64,000 bases of DNA, taken from contig CALSCP010000904.1 in assembly GCA_943704425.1 (NCBI GenBank), forward strand, positions 24,874 through 88,873, given 5' to 3'. The position numbers and the translations under genes were made by a program. Positions 10,361 through 47,252 of this stretch are shown here, piece after piece. The notes under the pieces are model-generated. The model had not been told where the DNA came from and did no database searches. It saw nothing but the letters and a program-made list of their open reading frames with translations. Origin of the DNA: Ministeria vibrans ATCC 50519 (lineage: Eukaryota; Protista; Filasterea). Every line of letters begins with the position of its first letter. The stretch's first letter is position 1.

Positions 10361-13300
10361 TGATATAGAGAGAGGAGAGAAAGAAACAAAGTGATAGAGA
10401 GAGAGGAGAAAGAAACGAAGTGATAGAGAGAGAGAAGAGAAAGAAACAAAGTGATAGAGAGAGGAGAAAGAAACAAAGTGATAGAGAGAGAGGAGAAAGA
10501 AACGAAGTGATAGAGAGAGAGAAGAGAAAGAAACAAAGTGATAGAGAGAGGAGAAAGAAACAAAGTGATAGAGAGAGAGGGAGAAAGAAACAAAGTGATA
10601 GAGAGAGAGGAGAAAGAAACAAAGTGATAGAGAGAAGGGAGGGAGAAAGTAACAAAGTGGGTGTGAGAGAGGGGGGAGGCACATAGAGAGGGAGAAGATG
10701 GAGAGGGGGGAGAGGGAGAAAGAGACACAGTGATAGAGAGGAAGGGAATGGGACGGGCGAGAGGAGTCTTCTTCCTCTTTTTCTTTTTCTTTTTCTTACA
10801 AGTCTTTTGTCGCCCCATTCTCGCTCCTCTTTTTCTGTAGCGGATCGTCATATTGTAAGAAATGCTTTGCGACTCTATGGATCCATGGAGAAGCATGCTC
10901 GACTTGTGCAATCGGCGACCGACAGCTCCACCATCGAATGGCTCATGATGTTGCGTGGTCTCATGGGCTTACACGAGCAGGGTACAACCGCGCAGGCGCC
11001 ACCTGAGCCCGTCGATCCTACCGAATTACCGCAGACCGAATGGGATGCAGTTATGAAGGCAGTCGACCACTACCGCCAGGAGATCTCCAGCCTTATTGCC
11101 ACCACCATCGACGAAAGAGCGCCCGATGTGCGCGCCGAGTCGGCCAGACGAACTCAGTCCGAAATTGCCGCCTTCCTCCTCAACTCATTCTCCTGGATCA
11201 ACTACACGTAAGAAAGAACGGGGTTGAGTGTGTTAAACAAACAAACAAAGAAAAAAAAGACAGACAAGACGAAAAAAAGAAGAAAAAAAAAGAGCATTAT
11301 CAATTCATCAATTCAATTATTTTTTGTTACAGTCATCTTGTGTTTCTTTTGCATTCTGATCTTCTCTTGGTTTCTTAGACCCTGCGATGACATTGACATG
11401 TGGTGTCGTCGCTATGCCCATTTATCACCCAACGAACAAAGTTTTCCCTCCTCACACACCATTAGTGCTGCGACTACTTCTGTCCCTACAGTGAGTACTA
11501 CAGTTGGTACCTCTGCTACTGCAACAACGGAATCTCAGCCGCCGCAGCGCACCGCCGCCGGTCGTGTGTCTTCCTTTGTCAATACGGTCAAGTGGTCGCC
11601 GCCTCCCGTGCGCTTGCTCAACAGCCCGTCCGAGACCACCAGGAGCGAAGACTCAAGCACGCTCGCGCCCGACACAACACTGGCTGCACCAGAGATGGGT
11701 GTCGCTACAGACACGGACCACCGCGACGCTGATAATGCGGCGGTGGAGACCGAAGATGATATCGCGTCGCGTCGCAACCGCATTGTACGCCTCATCACAC
11801 AGGCTCAGGTGGACGCCAACAAGTGCAAAGATGTGCCCGAGTACCAAGCCAATCTGTTCCGCTCGCACTGTCTGCGGGCCATTCGCGAGATCGATTCGCT
11901 TGTCGACTCCCTCGAGTGCATCGAGCGCAACGGCGATCGCAGCGACCTGGCCACAACACGCGCCAACAGCGACGCGGCCGAGTACGCATGTACATTCCTT
12001 GTCATGACTCTCGATGACTTTCTCAACGACCTGCTTGTTCTTCTCCCGGAGTCATCTCTTGCTGTCAAGTCGTCGCCCTCGGCCAAGAGTTCTTTGCCAG
12101 GCTCCGCGTCTGCCTCCATTGGTGACAATATCTCATCCACGCACTTCCCTAGCGCTCACTCTCATCCGCTCTCTGCCGCAACATCAGCACGGTCCTTTTT
12201 GGCACTCTCATCAGCCTCGTCGTCTGCAACGTCAGTCACTGCCACGGCCAATATTACCAGCACTGCTGCCGGTGCTGCTGCTGCTGCTGCTTCTGCTACG
12301 GCTATTCCTACCACCAGCACTGTTGCTGCTGCGGCGGATGTCGCCGAGTCGTTAGTGTTGGGGACGGAGAGTCCCTCGACCACACCTGTCACTCTCATGG
12401 GTCAGTGTTCGTCGCAGAGTGAACTCGTCAATGACGATGCAGCATCCAGCGACACACAAGCACGCGGGGAGCGAGCGCGTGTGCGAAACGCGTCGAGCGC
12501 GATTGTCGACGATCCGCGCGCTTTTTCACCTTTCAATCTCAGACTTGCGCGACGCGCCGTCATCGACCCTCGGCCTCGTTCCCTCGAGATCACCGCACCA
12601 ACGTCACCCTCACTCTTTGGTGACTCGTTCGGCAAGGGCGCCACCAACTCAAAGATACGCACCGCCGACGCCTCACTCGCATCCTCACCCAAGTCCTCAG
12701 GTTCATTCCGCCGACGTATCAACGCTACGTTCAAGACGGGTCGGCGTCGATCTACCTCACTCGACGCACGCTCGCACGATCTTGTCAATGTGTCCGCCCC
12801 GAACCTGTCGACGCTTGCGACCGAGTCTACTGATGCTCCCACATCATCGTCACCGTCGCTCTCAGGCACACTCTTGATCGCTGACTCATCTAGCGCTGCC
12901 ACGAGTACAACCAACGGGAGTTTCACATCCAGTGTTCGCGGTATGCGTCTGAACATCCGCGCGGCCTCGCTGAGACGACGCTGGCGCAAAGGCGACTCAG
13001 TCACCGAGGACAACGCGGTTGGCAGTGCCCCGAACAGTCCGACACCCGCACGTCGACAGGTGAATCCGCTCGAACTCAACGTTGACGACGAGACCATGAA
13101 TCACAGTGTCTCGTTCACTGTCGCATCCATGGTGCCAACCGCCTCCTCGCGCTCTAAAGGGAGTCACCGCCCGCTGTCAAACACCGGTGGCAAAATGGGC
13201 TCGCCAACAATGTCGCAGGGTCCGTCGTCTCCGTCGCGTCTTCTATCGTCCATTCGTGCCATCTCATTCACTCGGTCCAAGGCCAACGATGCGGGAGCGT

Positions 13301-13656
13301 CGCCACCGCAGTCGAAAAAGAAGTTGCCCGTGCGGCATCAGCGATCCGCGTCTCTTGAGATGAGGCTCAACGAAGCACCGTGCTCGAGCAGCGGGGACGT
13401 GGCGGCCGTCGCAACCACTGCGGGTGAGCGACCCGACATGCCCGGTCGCTTCAATGAGGAGCGGGGTCGTTCCAGCTCCGAATCGCAACTCCCCGAGGGC
13501 AAGAAGAAACGCCGCTTCAGCAAAGAGCACGCTACCATGCCATCACGACGGAGCTCCGAACATAGCGTCACTGCATCGCGGACCAGTCTCGACGATGATC
13601 CCGACAGTGTGTGCAGCGGCTTGGAGGACGCGTCGGGCACGTCATCCTCGGGCGGA

Positions 13657-13693
<37 letters not shown>

Positions 13694-15083
13694 GCGGCGG
13701 CAGCAGCGGCCGATTCCAGCTCCGTCGCAGCGGATCGACAACGCACACGGAAAAACGTGCCGGCTGGGTCAACAAGATCTTCATGCGCAGTCCGGGTCAC
13801 GGTCACCACAGTCACGGTTCGGGTGCAGCGTCGAGCAGTCCCCCCAGCACCTTGGCGCTGAATATCGGCAACAGTGCGGTCGCCGCCACCAGTCAGACTG
13901 TACCCACCACTCCTTCTCAGGTCTCGTCGCCACCGAGTATTCCCTCGTCCCCATCGAGTCGTATCAGAGGTTCCACAAGCGCATCGTCGATGAGCGTCGA
14001 TATGCTCAGTGACATTGTTACGTCGAAACTCGTGACGGGCGAAACGGAGGAGGAGGACAGTCCGCTGCTGGAAGGCTCAGCTCTTGGTCCAGCCCAAGAG
14101 CGTCTTCGCACCTCGGCACAGCCCAACCGTGCGCGAAGATTCACTCAAATTTTTGGTGGGGGTATGGACACACCCGGCAAGAAGGGAGGCCGTCCATTGA
14201 TTGCACGAAGCGGTGCCTTTTCAGGCGCCGTCATGGGGGCCGACAAAATGGTTGATGTGACACTGCTAAAAATGGACGAGCTTGCACGGCAGCTGACCCT
14301 GGTTGACAGCGCACTTTTGTCAGCAATCGATACGCAGGAGTGTCTCAACAACGCGTGGATTCGCAAGGACAAGGCGCAGCGAGCTGGCAACATTGTCGCC
14401 ATGATCGATCAATTCAACAAACTGGCGCTCTTCATTGCGACGGACATTCTCAAGCACGAGAGCCCCGACTTGCGCATGCGTGCCCTTGCGCGCTACATTA
14501 TGCTCGCCGACGAGACCCGCAAGATTAACAACTTTAACTCGCTCAAGGCCATCCTAACGGGCCTTCAATGCACTCCTATTCATCGCCTCAAGAAGACCTG
14601 GGCCATTTTGCCGCACAAGCGACGACGTCTCTTCGACGAACTCGCCGGTACAATTCAACCAAGACCTCTCATTTTGCTTTGTTCTAACTCATTCCTTTTT
14701 GGTTCGTATTGTTTATCTGTCCACAGAGTTTATGTCGGAAGACGCCAATCACCGCCTGTACCGTGAAGAAGTCGAGCGAGTGCGCAGTCGCGTAAGACCA
14801 CCCCTATTTTTTTTCACTTTTTCTTTCCTGACTTTTTTCATATATGGATCTCTCTTTCTCTCTCGCAGATGGTCCCGTACGTGCCTTACCTTGGCATTTT
14901 CCTCACCGATATCAGCTTTGCGGACACCGCACTTGGCCACATGTCGGGCTCGGATGACAATCTTGCCGAGCGCCGTCGTCGCCACGAAGAGGATACTGGA
15001 CGCCAACTCGAGGACTTCAAGTCTCTCTGCTCCTTTGACTTCCCTCGTCACGAAGACTACATGGTAAGTAATAATAAGAATAA

Positions 15084-15126
<43 letters not shown>

Positions 15127-15558
15127 AATTATTACAGATTTATTGTGATTACTCTCTTGCATCTTTTTGAAAATTCATTATTCTCCTCACCTTGTTTTCT
15201 ATCACTTTGTTTTTTTCGCTCTTCTCTCTCTTATGACCTTGTCCCTTGTTTCTTATCCCTCGCTTTTTCTCTCTGATATTTTTTTTTCTTTCTGTTGTAG
15301 ACCATTCTCAACCATGTCGAGTTTAATCCTGAGGAGGTCAACTACCGCGCGTCACTCGAGCGAGAACCAAAGGAAATCGAGGTAAGAAAGAGGAAGCAGG
15401 CTAAAACAAAATCTTTTGTTGGCTGATTGTTTTATTTTATTTTTGTTGCTTTGTTATAGTTTGACAAGTCAGACAATGAAGATGTGTCGCGCTGGCTGGC
15501 TCAGTTGGATTTGGCAGCACTGAAACTCGAAGTGGAGAAACGCGAAGTGGTACAAGTC

Positions 15559-15591
<33 letters not shown>

Positions 15592-17232
15592 AGTTACTTA
15601 TGCAGCTCCTGTGTTCTCCGTAGGAATTGGCAAAGGTTCAGCAGGTGTTCTTTTCAAAGAAGAAAAAGAAGGACTCGGGAGTTGGCGAAATGTGGGATTT
15701 GCAACGGTTACTGACGCGTCTGAAGCGGGAGGTGAAGCGTCGCGAGGCGAGTGCTGCAAAGCGAGCAGAGCGGCGTCGTGAGGCGGAGGAGGCGCGTGAG
15801 GATGATTCGACGCTGACGACGACCGCGGGTACGGCAACGAGCACGTCGATGAGCGAGGACTCGGTGTCGTCATTTTCGGTGCACGGGCTTGCCGAAAGCA
15901 GCAAGGAGGACACGATGATTAGTGACAGTCTTGCCGACGACGAGAGCGATGGTCGTCCGCCTCCATCACTGCAGTCGCAATCATCACCGCTTACTGCGCA
16001 CTCAGTGGGCGAACACGACGACGACGATGATCTTCTTGTGCGCAACGTTGTCTCGTCGGCTCCCGTGCTGTCGGCCGTGTCCAGCGACCTTTCTGACTCT
16101 GCGACGGCTTCATCCCCCCATACGTCGTCGTCACTTCACTCACTGCCACCACGCCTGAACGAGCTCACTGCGAATAATGCCCTGAACGAGTCCGGCTATG
16201 CCGGTTCGGTACCGCCGGTGGTCGCCTCGTCCAACATGGGCGTGCTCAACGCTATTCCCGAGGATGGCACGGGAACCCCATTTGGTTCCACCACTGCAAC
16301 ACGTACGTCTTCGTCCGTGTCGTGTCCGCCTTCCTCCTCGCGTGGTCAAAAGGCTAGCCCCAGTGGACCACGCCTCTCGTTCAAGGGCGACGAGGACTTT
16401 GAAACGGACTTGGAAATTGCAACGCGTGCCATTCAAGAGAGTACGACAAACTTCACCCCACAACACTGTCTTCTGACAACGTCTTTCTATCACCTTACCT
16501 CTTTCTTCCTTCTCCTCTCTCTCCCTACTCTTCTATGTCTCTCTTTTAGACGAAGTTGCCATGGAGACTTGGGACGACCCTTTTGGTGCCGCAACACTCA
16601 CTGCGGCCCTCTCGGCCGTTCACCACTCGTCAGCCGACATGTCAGATACAACATCGGACGGTATGACCTGTGTTGATACAAATGCCTTTCAAATTCTTTT
16701 TTAATTATGATTTTTGATAGGATTATCGCGACGAATTTCTTGGGTTGATACGTGGAAGTCGCAGGGAAGTGATGCTGTGACGGTTGCCGAGACGGTGAAT
16801 GAGGATGATGATGAGGAAGGGGATGAAGAGGAGGACGATGAGGACGACGACGAGGACGAGTCGGACTTTGATGATGAAGACTACATCATTGGGTTCAGTG
16901 GCGATGTTGAGGTGGATATTTTGGACCAGGCAGTGCCACTTCAGGAGACAGTGGAAGAAGAGGGGCTGGAGGAGGACGATGGTGGTGGTGATGGCGTGAA
17001 GGAAAGTGACGACGAGACTGTGCGCAATCCGTCGTTTGGGTCTTCCCGTGATGTGGTCGTTGCCGAGGGTGGATGCAGTGTTTTGGAAACGGTGGTGGCT
17101 GTCGACAGCCAGCTCACGCAGGATGGTGTTGCGACAACTGTGCCTGTTGTGACTGCGACAGCATCGTCCCCGCCCACTTTGTCCCCCATGTCGCGACGTG
17201 CTTTTACGCAGCTCAACGAAACGCGCATTTAG
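9556..17232 (+). CDS. Large RasGEF (CDC25 domain) protein with N-terminal PH domain and long disordered regions, ~1,900 aa
   Basis: PH-like segment GVEECPHDVFSATRFLMFTGDLVE...AFLFNDVLLLAE...EWLMML. CDC25 core ELARQLTLVD...IDQFNKL...NNFNSLKAIL...IHRLKKTW...PYVPYLGIFLTD. Approximate exons: 9556-9630, 10022-10262, 10841-11207, 11379-14647, 14727-14791, 14869-15063, 15301-15381, 15460-15549, 15624-16440, 16550-16660, 16721-17232. Confidence 0.85.
10293..10640 (+). repeat. (GA)n microsatellite plus ~9-10 tandem copies of a ~28-31 bp minisatellite with core AAACAAAGTGATAGAGAG (intron)
   Basis: Tandem units directly visible in intron 2 of the RasGEF gene. Confidence 0.9.
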
Positions 17233-17512
17233 GGGGTGGGTGTTGCGCGTCGCGTTTGAGTTACCTTTTATTTTGTATAGTTACATTTTTATACATAGTT
17301 TATTGCATGTTTTTTTTTTTGACTTTGTTCACCTTTTTGAAGAGAAAATTCACGCGTGAAAACAATTCAATTTTTCACTCTGACTCTGTCCACTAAATTC
17401 TCACTGAGTTATAAGTTAAAATTAATGCTCATTAATTTATGCTCCTTGCCTCATTTAGACAACTCTGTCCACTCCCATCCATACTATCCCGTGTTTCCCT
17501 GAGGTTTGCAGT

Positions 17513-19466
17513 CATGGCACGCACTCCGGTTCGAAATGCGTTCAGGTTGTTCATTCTCAACAGTGATCGACTGTCTCACTGCTTAGGCAGCCAAACGTGG
17601 CTCTACACCTGTAAAATCAGAAGCAAAGTTGGCCAAAGCAAAGAAGGTACACCAAGCATGGCGGAGGGGTCACTGTGCCACTCACAACGCGCTTCTGATG
17701 GCTTTTTCGTGTTTGCGTTAGGTTTTGGAGACTCCCTCGCCACGTAAATCACCCCGCAAAGGCAGTGCAGCCGCTGCTGAACCGGATCAGGAGGAAAGAG
17801 AACCAGTGAGCACACCTGTATGCCACATGGAGTGTTGTGTCAATTGTCAATCGTCGCTAGAGAAGCGAAACCGTTTCACACTGTTTGTTTTGACAGGCGC
17901 TCGACCCAGAGGCCAAGAGTGCCGACGCGCAGCCAGCCAAGGCGAGCACATCCAAAGCGGTAATACGCGATATGCAACTCCATACGGTTGCGGTTTCCTT
18001 TTTTTTTTTTTTTTGTGTGTGTGTGTGTGTAAGTGGAGCAAGCTCACTCACTTGGTGTGTTGCTTGCTGTCGACTCTCGTCCTATTAGATCAAGGAGACT
18101 CCTGCAAGCAAGGAGAAGAAGTCCAAGGCAGCGCCTGTCGTTCCGCCACCTCGTCCACCCCCGACAGTGTTCGCACCGGGTGTGGGTGATGGAAAGGTAC
18201 ACACACACACCATCAATAGTTTGTGCCTCTACGAGACTCGTCCTTTATGACTTTTTTTTTTGTCTTCAGTCTCTCGTGCTAGCAAGCTGGAACGTCAATG
18301 GCCTCAAAGCGATCTTGAGCAAAGATCCGAAACCCATTGAGACGTTTTTGCAAGAGTACAACCCGGACGTGCTGTGCCTGCAGGAGACCAAGTGCGGCGA
18401 CGGCGACATTCCGGCACACGCTGTCTTCAAGGGCTACCAGGCACACTGGTCGGGCGGTGTTAAGAAGGGCTATGCCGGCACTGGGTACTATGTTTACGAC
18501 TATGTGCATTGCACATCGTTTCCTGTGTGATTGTGCCTGCTTTAGTGTGCGTGTGGTATTTATGTGTTAGTGTTGTTTATATTTTATTCTTATTATTATT
18601 TAGGATGTTAACCAAAAACAAACCGCTCAAGGTGACGTTTGGTATTGGGCAAAAGAAGCACGATGAAGAAGGTCGTGTCATCACAGCCGAATTTGATTCC
18701 TTTTTCCTGGTACGTACCGACACGCTACGCACACGCACGCACACGCCAACATACATGCACACTAATTATACAAGCACCACACACACTCAGTACACTAAGC
18801 ACCACACACACACACACTCAGTGCACTAAGCACCACACACACACACATATATATACACACATACACACACATACATTCACTAACTCTCACACTCACTTCT
18901 TTATTCGCTCTCAGGTGAATGCGTATGTGCCCAACAGCGGACAAGAACTAAAGCGTCTGCCGTACCGTACCAACGAATGGGAACCCGACATGGTGACGTA
19001 CCTGCGCTCCCTCGACGCACGCAAGCCCGTCGTCTACTGTGGCGACCTCAACGCTGCACACCACCCCATCGATGTCACCTACCCTACTCGCTGGTCCAAG
19101 AACGCCGGTTTCACTCCTGTAGAGCGCGCGTGTCTCTCGACGCTTCTCGCGGACACCCCTCTGGTGGATTCGTTCCGCCACTTCCATCCCGACACCATCA
19201 AGTACTCGTACTTTGGTTATCGTGGCGACTGTCGTGCCAAACACGTCGGCTGGTACGCACACACTCTCATTCAATTACTCACGACAGAGCGATTGAACGA
19301 CCACACACTCATTTTCTCCTCTGCATACATACACGCATATATCCGCAGGCGTCTTGACTACTTTCTGGTGTCTCCTCGCGCAATGGCGCAGGTCCAAGAG
19401 AGTGACATCCTGCATCAGACGACCGGCTCGGACCACACCCCCATTGTGATGCGGTGCACTCTCTGA
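17513..19466 (+). CDS. APEX1: AP endonuclease 1 / exonuclease III family with Lys/Pro-rich N-terminal extension (5' exons approximate)
   Basis: All EEP catalytic motifs are present across exons: [63 protein letters not shown]. Stop TGA at 19464-19466. Confidence 0.9.
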
Positions 19467-19630
19467 CACTCTTCTGTACATTCCCAGTACAAACTTCTTC
19501 TTCCCTTCCCCCTACTCCCTCAAAGAGATTGATTTTAAAAGAAAAAATCCGTTCACTCTCACTCTCCGTCTCTGTCTGTCTCTCTGTCTCTGTCTGTCTC
19601 TGTCTCTCTGTCTCTCTGTCTCTCTGTCTC

Positions 19631-19664
<34 letters not shown>

Positions 19665-19713
19665 CCTCTCTCTCTCTCTCTCTGCCTCTCTCTCTCTCTC
19701 TCTCTCTGCCTCT

Positions 19714-44080
<24,367 letters not shown>

Positions 44081-45048
44081 CTTGCTTGTCTGTAAGGGCA
44101 AGAAAGAAAACATGAGAAAAAAAGGGCCGCACTCAGTTTCCTTCAGCATGCCGTAGGTCCCTGTCGCGTTTTGAGACCTAGTACTAGGGCGATGCAAGCA
44201 AGCGGGATGAAACAGCCCCCGCCATGCCTGACACTGCGCGGTGAATGATCCTGTTTTTTTATGGTATCGCGCGCTCGCATGTTTTTTTTCTCAGCGTCCC
44301 GCTAAATGGTGACGAAGGGAGTGGCGATGCACGCGAGAGCAAGTCACAAACAACGCAAGAGGCCCGCTACAGCTAATTGGGGCGCGCACGGAAAGACGAG
44401 GGAAGCACAGGACGTGCTCGTAACGGTGAGATTCGTCCACCTTCTATACGGCGCTCACGGAGCGCGAGGAGGTTACGGCGCTGATGAATCGTTACTCTGG
44501 TGGTCGCGAACGAAAAAAAAAAAAAAGAAAAAAAAAACCGCAGCAATGGCGTGGGCGCTAGACGCAGTTAAACGCAACCCGCTACAGCTCAGGAATGGAT
44601 AAAAGCCAGTCAGGCACGGTATTGGTGGCGGAGGAGGGTGGTTTCAGCGGGAATTAAGCGGTAGGGCGTGTCGGGAAGGAACACGGGCAGTCAACAACGA
44701 CCAAGACCGATTGCGATCGGATATCCCGAAAGAGAGCAAAAACAACGGTCGAAGTCGGGAGGCGGAGAGGGGATGGAGCATGTAGGTGGGTGGCGAGAGC
44801 GAGTGGTGCGAGGTAGCATGTATTACCGTAATACAAACGAACAGGGTGAAAAGAAATAAAAATAAAAATGATCAAAACTGTTAGGATTTACTTGCTGTTC
44901 AACCACCAAAAAAATTCCGCTGAACAGCGACACGAACAGCCAAAACCGGATAGCTCAGTATGATCTCACCACATAACGCCCTTTGTGACCTTGCATGAGT
45001 CGTAGGTGTGTAAGAAGTGTGTGGAATGAATGAAGTAAGTGTGTGTAT

Positions 45049-46221
45049 TTATTTTTGAGAAGACTCAGAAGAGGCACGAAAGGGGAGTGATTTGTACGCG
45101 ACGTGACGGAACGGGCGCGACTTGAGGGTCGTGTCAAAGACCGTCGCAACGTCGTAGGTAGGACCGTACTCGGCGTAGCACGACAGGTTGAATCCCTGGA
45201 TAGAGAAGGTGGCGAGCCATTCCATCTGAGAGGGGCGGGTGAGAGAGAAAAATTGTTGAATGCAGAGCCAAAAGCAGTGCACGTCACATTGTTGACTTAC
45301 CTCGGCGATTCGCGTAGCATTCTCGCCCCAGTGTTGACTCCAGGTAGCAAGCAAGACGAGAGACACAAGGGCAACAAGAGCACAGACGGCCTTGAGGAGG
45401 AGGGAGGGAGTGGACACCTGCACGACGCGGGCGCGCGTCTTGGTGTACAGACGAATGACAAGGATCCACATGTAAATGAGGTAGCCGACAAAGAACACAA
45501 CGGCCGAGCCTGAGTGCACCGGGTTATTCTCAACCTCATTCACCTGACAGAGAAAAAGATCAAGCGGTTATCACGCACACAACCACATCCATGGGATGTG
45601 CAGATGTGCACATGAAACATACCGAGCCGACAATGGCAAGACCCGTTGACGCAATGGTGCTGCAAAAGAGTCCAATATAGTTGTACCAGCCGTTGCCCGT
45701 CTTGGCCGCCATGAATGAGTACCCGAGAAACCCTGAGAGAGGGAGAAGGAGCGAGAGAAACGAAGTAAGAAAAAGAAAAAGGGAAAAGAAACCAGATAGA
45801 AACAAAGTGATAGAGAGAAAAACAAAGTGACAGGGAGTGAGGATTAGCATCAAAGTGAAAGAGTGAGAAAGTGATAAATAGAGAGAGAGAAGAAAGAGAA
45901 AGAGAAGATAGAGAGAGAGAGAGAGTCAACGTTTGTTGTACCGCCAATGGCCATAAGACCGGCCGACAAAATAAGACCAAACCGAAAGAAGTACTTCTCT
46001 GGCGCTTCAACAGCACAGTCGCTTCTACAAGGGGGAGGGCGGGGGTGTTCCGCTATGAGAGAAGCAGAGTAGAACGACGACGCGTACATCATTGGGAGCC
46101 AGGCAGGAACATGGCCCAGCTTGACAGCCAGGCCGTAGCACACGAAGATTGTCACCAGGGAGCCTACGACGCTCGCAATCACCAAGGAGCGTGCCGTGAT
46201 CCGCGAAACGATATCCGTCAT
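45049..46221 (-). CDS. Frag1/DRAM/Sfk1 family multi-pass membrane protein (TMEM150/DRAM/PGAP2-like)
   Basis: Spliced product has about 6 hydrophobic helices with family motifs GHVPAWLPMISDCAVEAPEKYFF, NPVHSGSAVVFF and MEW. About 5 exons. Confidence 0.8.
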
Positions 46222-46325
46222 GCTAAATGTATAAGAGATGGATCGCTAAAAAAGATTAATTTTGGAGAAAGTTGAATTTGAGTTGTCAACTTTGTCTGAT
46301 GACTGATTTACAGACTTTTCTTGGC

Positions 46326-47119
46326 ATGAGCACTGACGACGACACGACCTTTGTCGCTGGCAAGGACGATGTGCCCACCGACATTGTCCTTGGCCTGGGT
46401 GCCATTGGGGGCGGGCTTGTGGGGTTCTCGTATGCAACCTGGCGCGGAGCACGCTATGTACAGCGTCCAGCAGTTTTTGGTGTGGCCGGTTTAGCGTGTT
46501 CTCTCATCTTCGTCGGTACCTTCGCACTGCCGTTCCCTCGCGTGCATCCAGACACGTACATACACTCACACACCTGCACTTGTGTCTCTAGGCGCTCGAT
46601 CTGTGGCCAATGCAAACAACAAGGGAAATATGAGTGTGTGGGAACGTAACTTCCTCTGCGGCGGCCTCTCCTTCTCCATGCTCGGCGGCCTCTTCGGTAC
46701 CACCGCGTCTCTTCTATTCCAGCCCCCGCCCCCATTCATTCATTCGTCTTGTAGTACACCGAGCTCACTCGTTATCGGCCTTGTTTCTCACTGGTGGTCT
46801 CAGCGCCTTGGCAGGCACCCTTTTGCATGGCGCGCTTGTAAGGCGCGAACTGCATCGTCGCACACACAAGCCTATTCCCTTTCACCAGTGGCTCGCCAAC
46901 AAAATCGATTCTTTTGAAGCACTCCTTTCATTTCCTTGGGCCGTCGACATCACCGAGACTGTCACGTCACCAGACGGCGTCGACCGCACTCTCGTCGAGG
47001 ACCGTCTTTTCCGCGCCTGTCAGCAACTCGAAACTGAAGCAAAGCGCGTCGAGAAACTCGAAGAGACCCTCGCTCGTCTTCAAAACGCATCGGAAGTATC
47101 ATCCGAGTCCACCAGCTAG
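46326..47119 (+). CDS. Small glycine-rich multi-TM membrane protein with C-terminal coiled coil, probably Tim17/Tim22/Tim23/Pmp24 family
   Basis: Exons ~46326-46515, 46592-46697 and 46755-47119 splice in frame. Gly-rich helices (GLGAIGGGLVG; NFLCGGLSFSMLGGLFG; TGGLSALAG), then QLETEAKRVEKLEETLARL. Family assignment is by pattern only. Confidence 0.55.
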
Positions 47120-47252
47120 CTAGCTCCTTCGCAAAAAAAAAAAAAAAAAGGAGACACACTCTCCTCTCCCTTGTCATAATTTTTTTGTAAAAATACCATT
47201 CGACGTACATTTTCCCACACATTTTGATTTTTTTTGTTTTCTCTTTCTCTCA

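Noticed and set aside
10380-10640. Regularly spaced repeats as a CRISPR array (also 60780-61150)
   Set aside because: The spacers are just variable GA runs rather than unique sequences. The context is a eukaryotic intron with no cas genes.
18770-18845. ~33-bp direct repeat in an APE1 intron
   Set aside because: A simple local duplication within a CA-rich intron, with no evidence of function.
44100-45040. Short ORFs upstream of the EGF gene as a separate gene
   Set aside because: There are no recognisable motifs or consistent splice pattern. The region is more likely promoter/5' UTR (acceptor-like tract just upstream of ATG 44080) and the 3' UTR of the DRAM-like gene.
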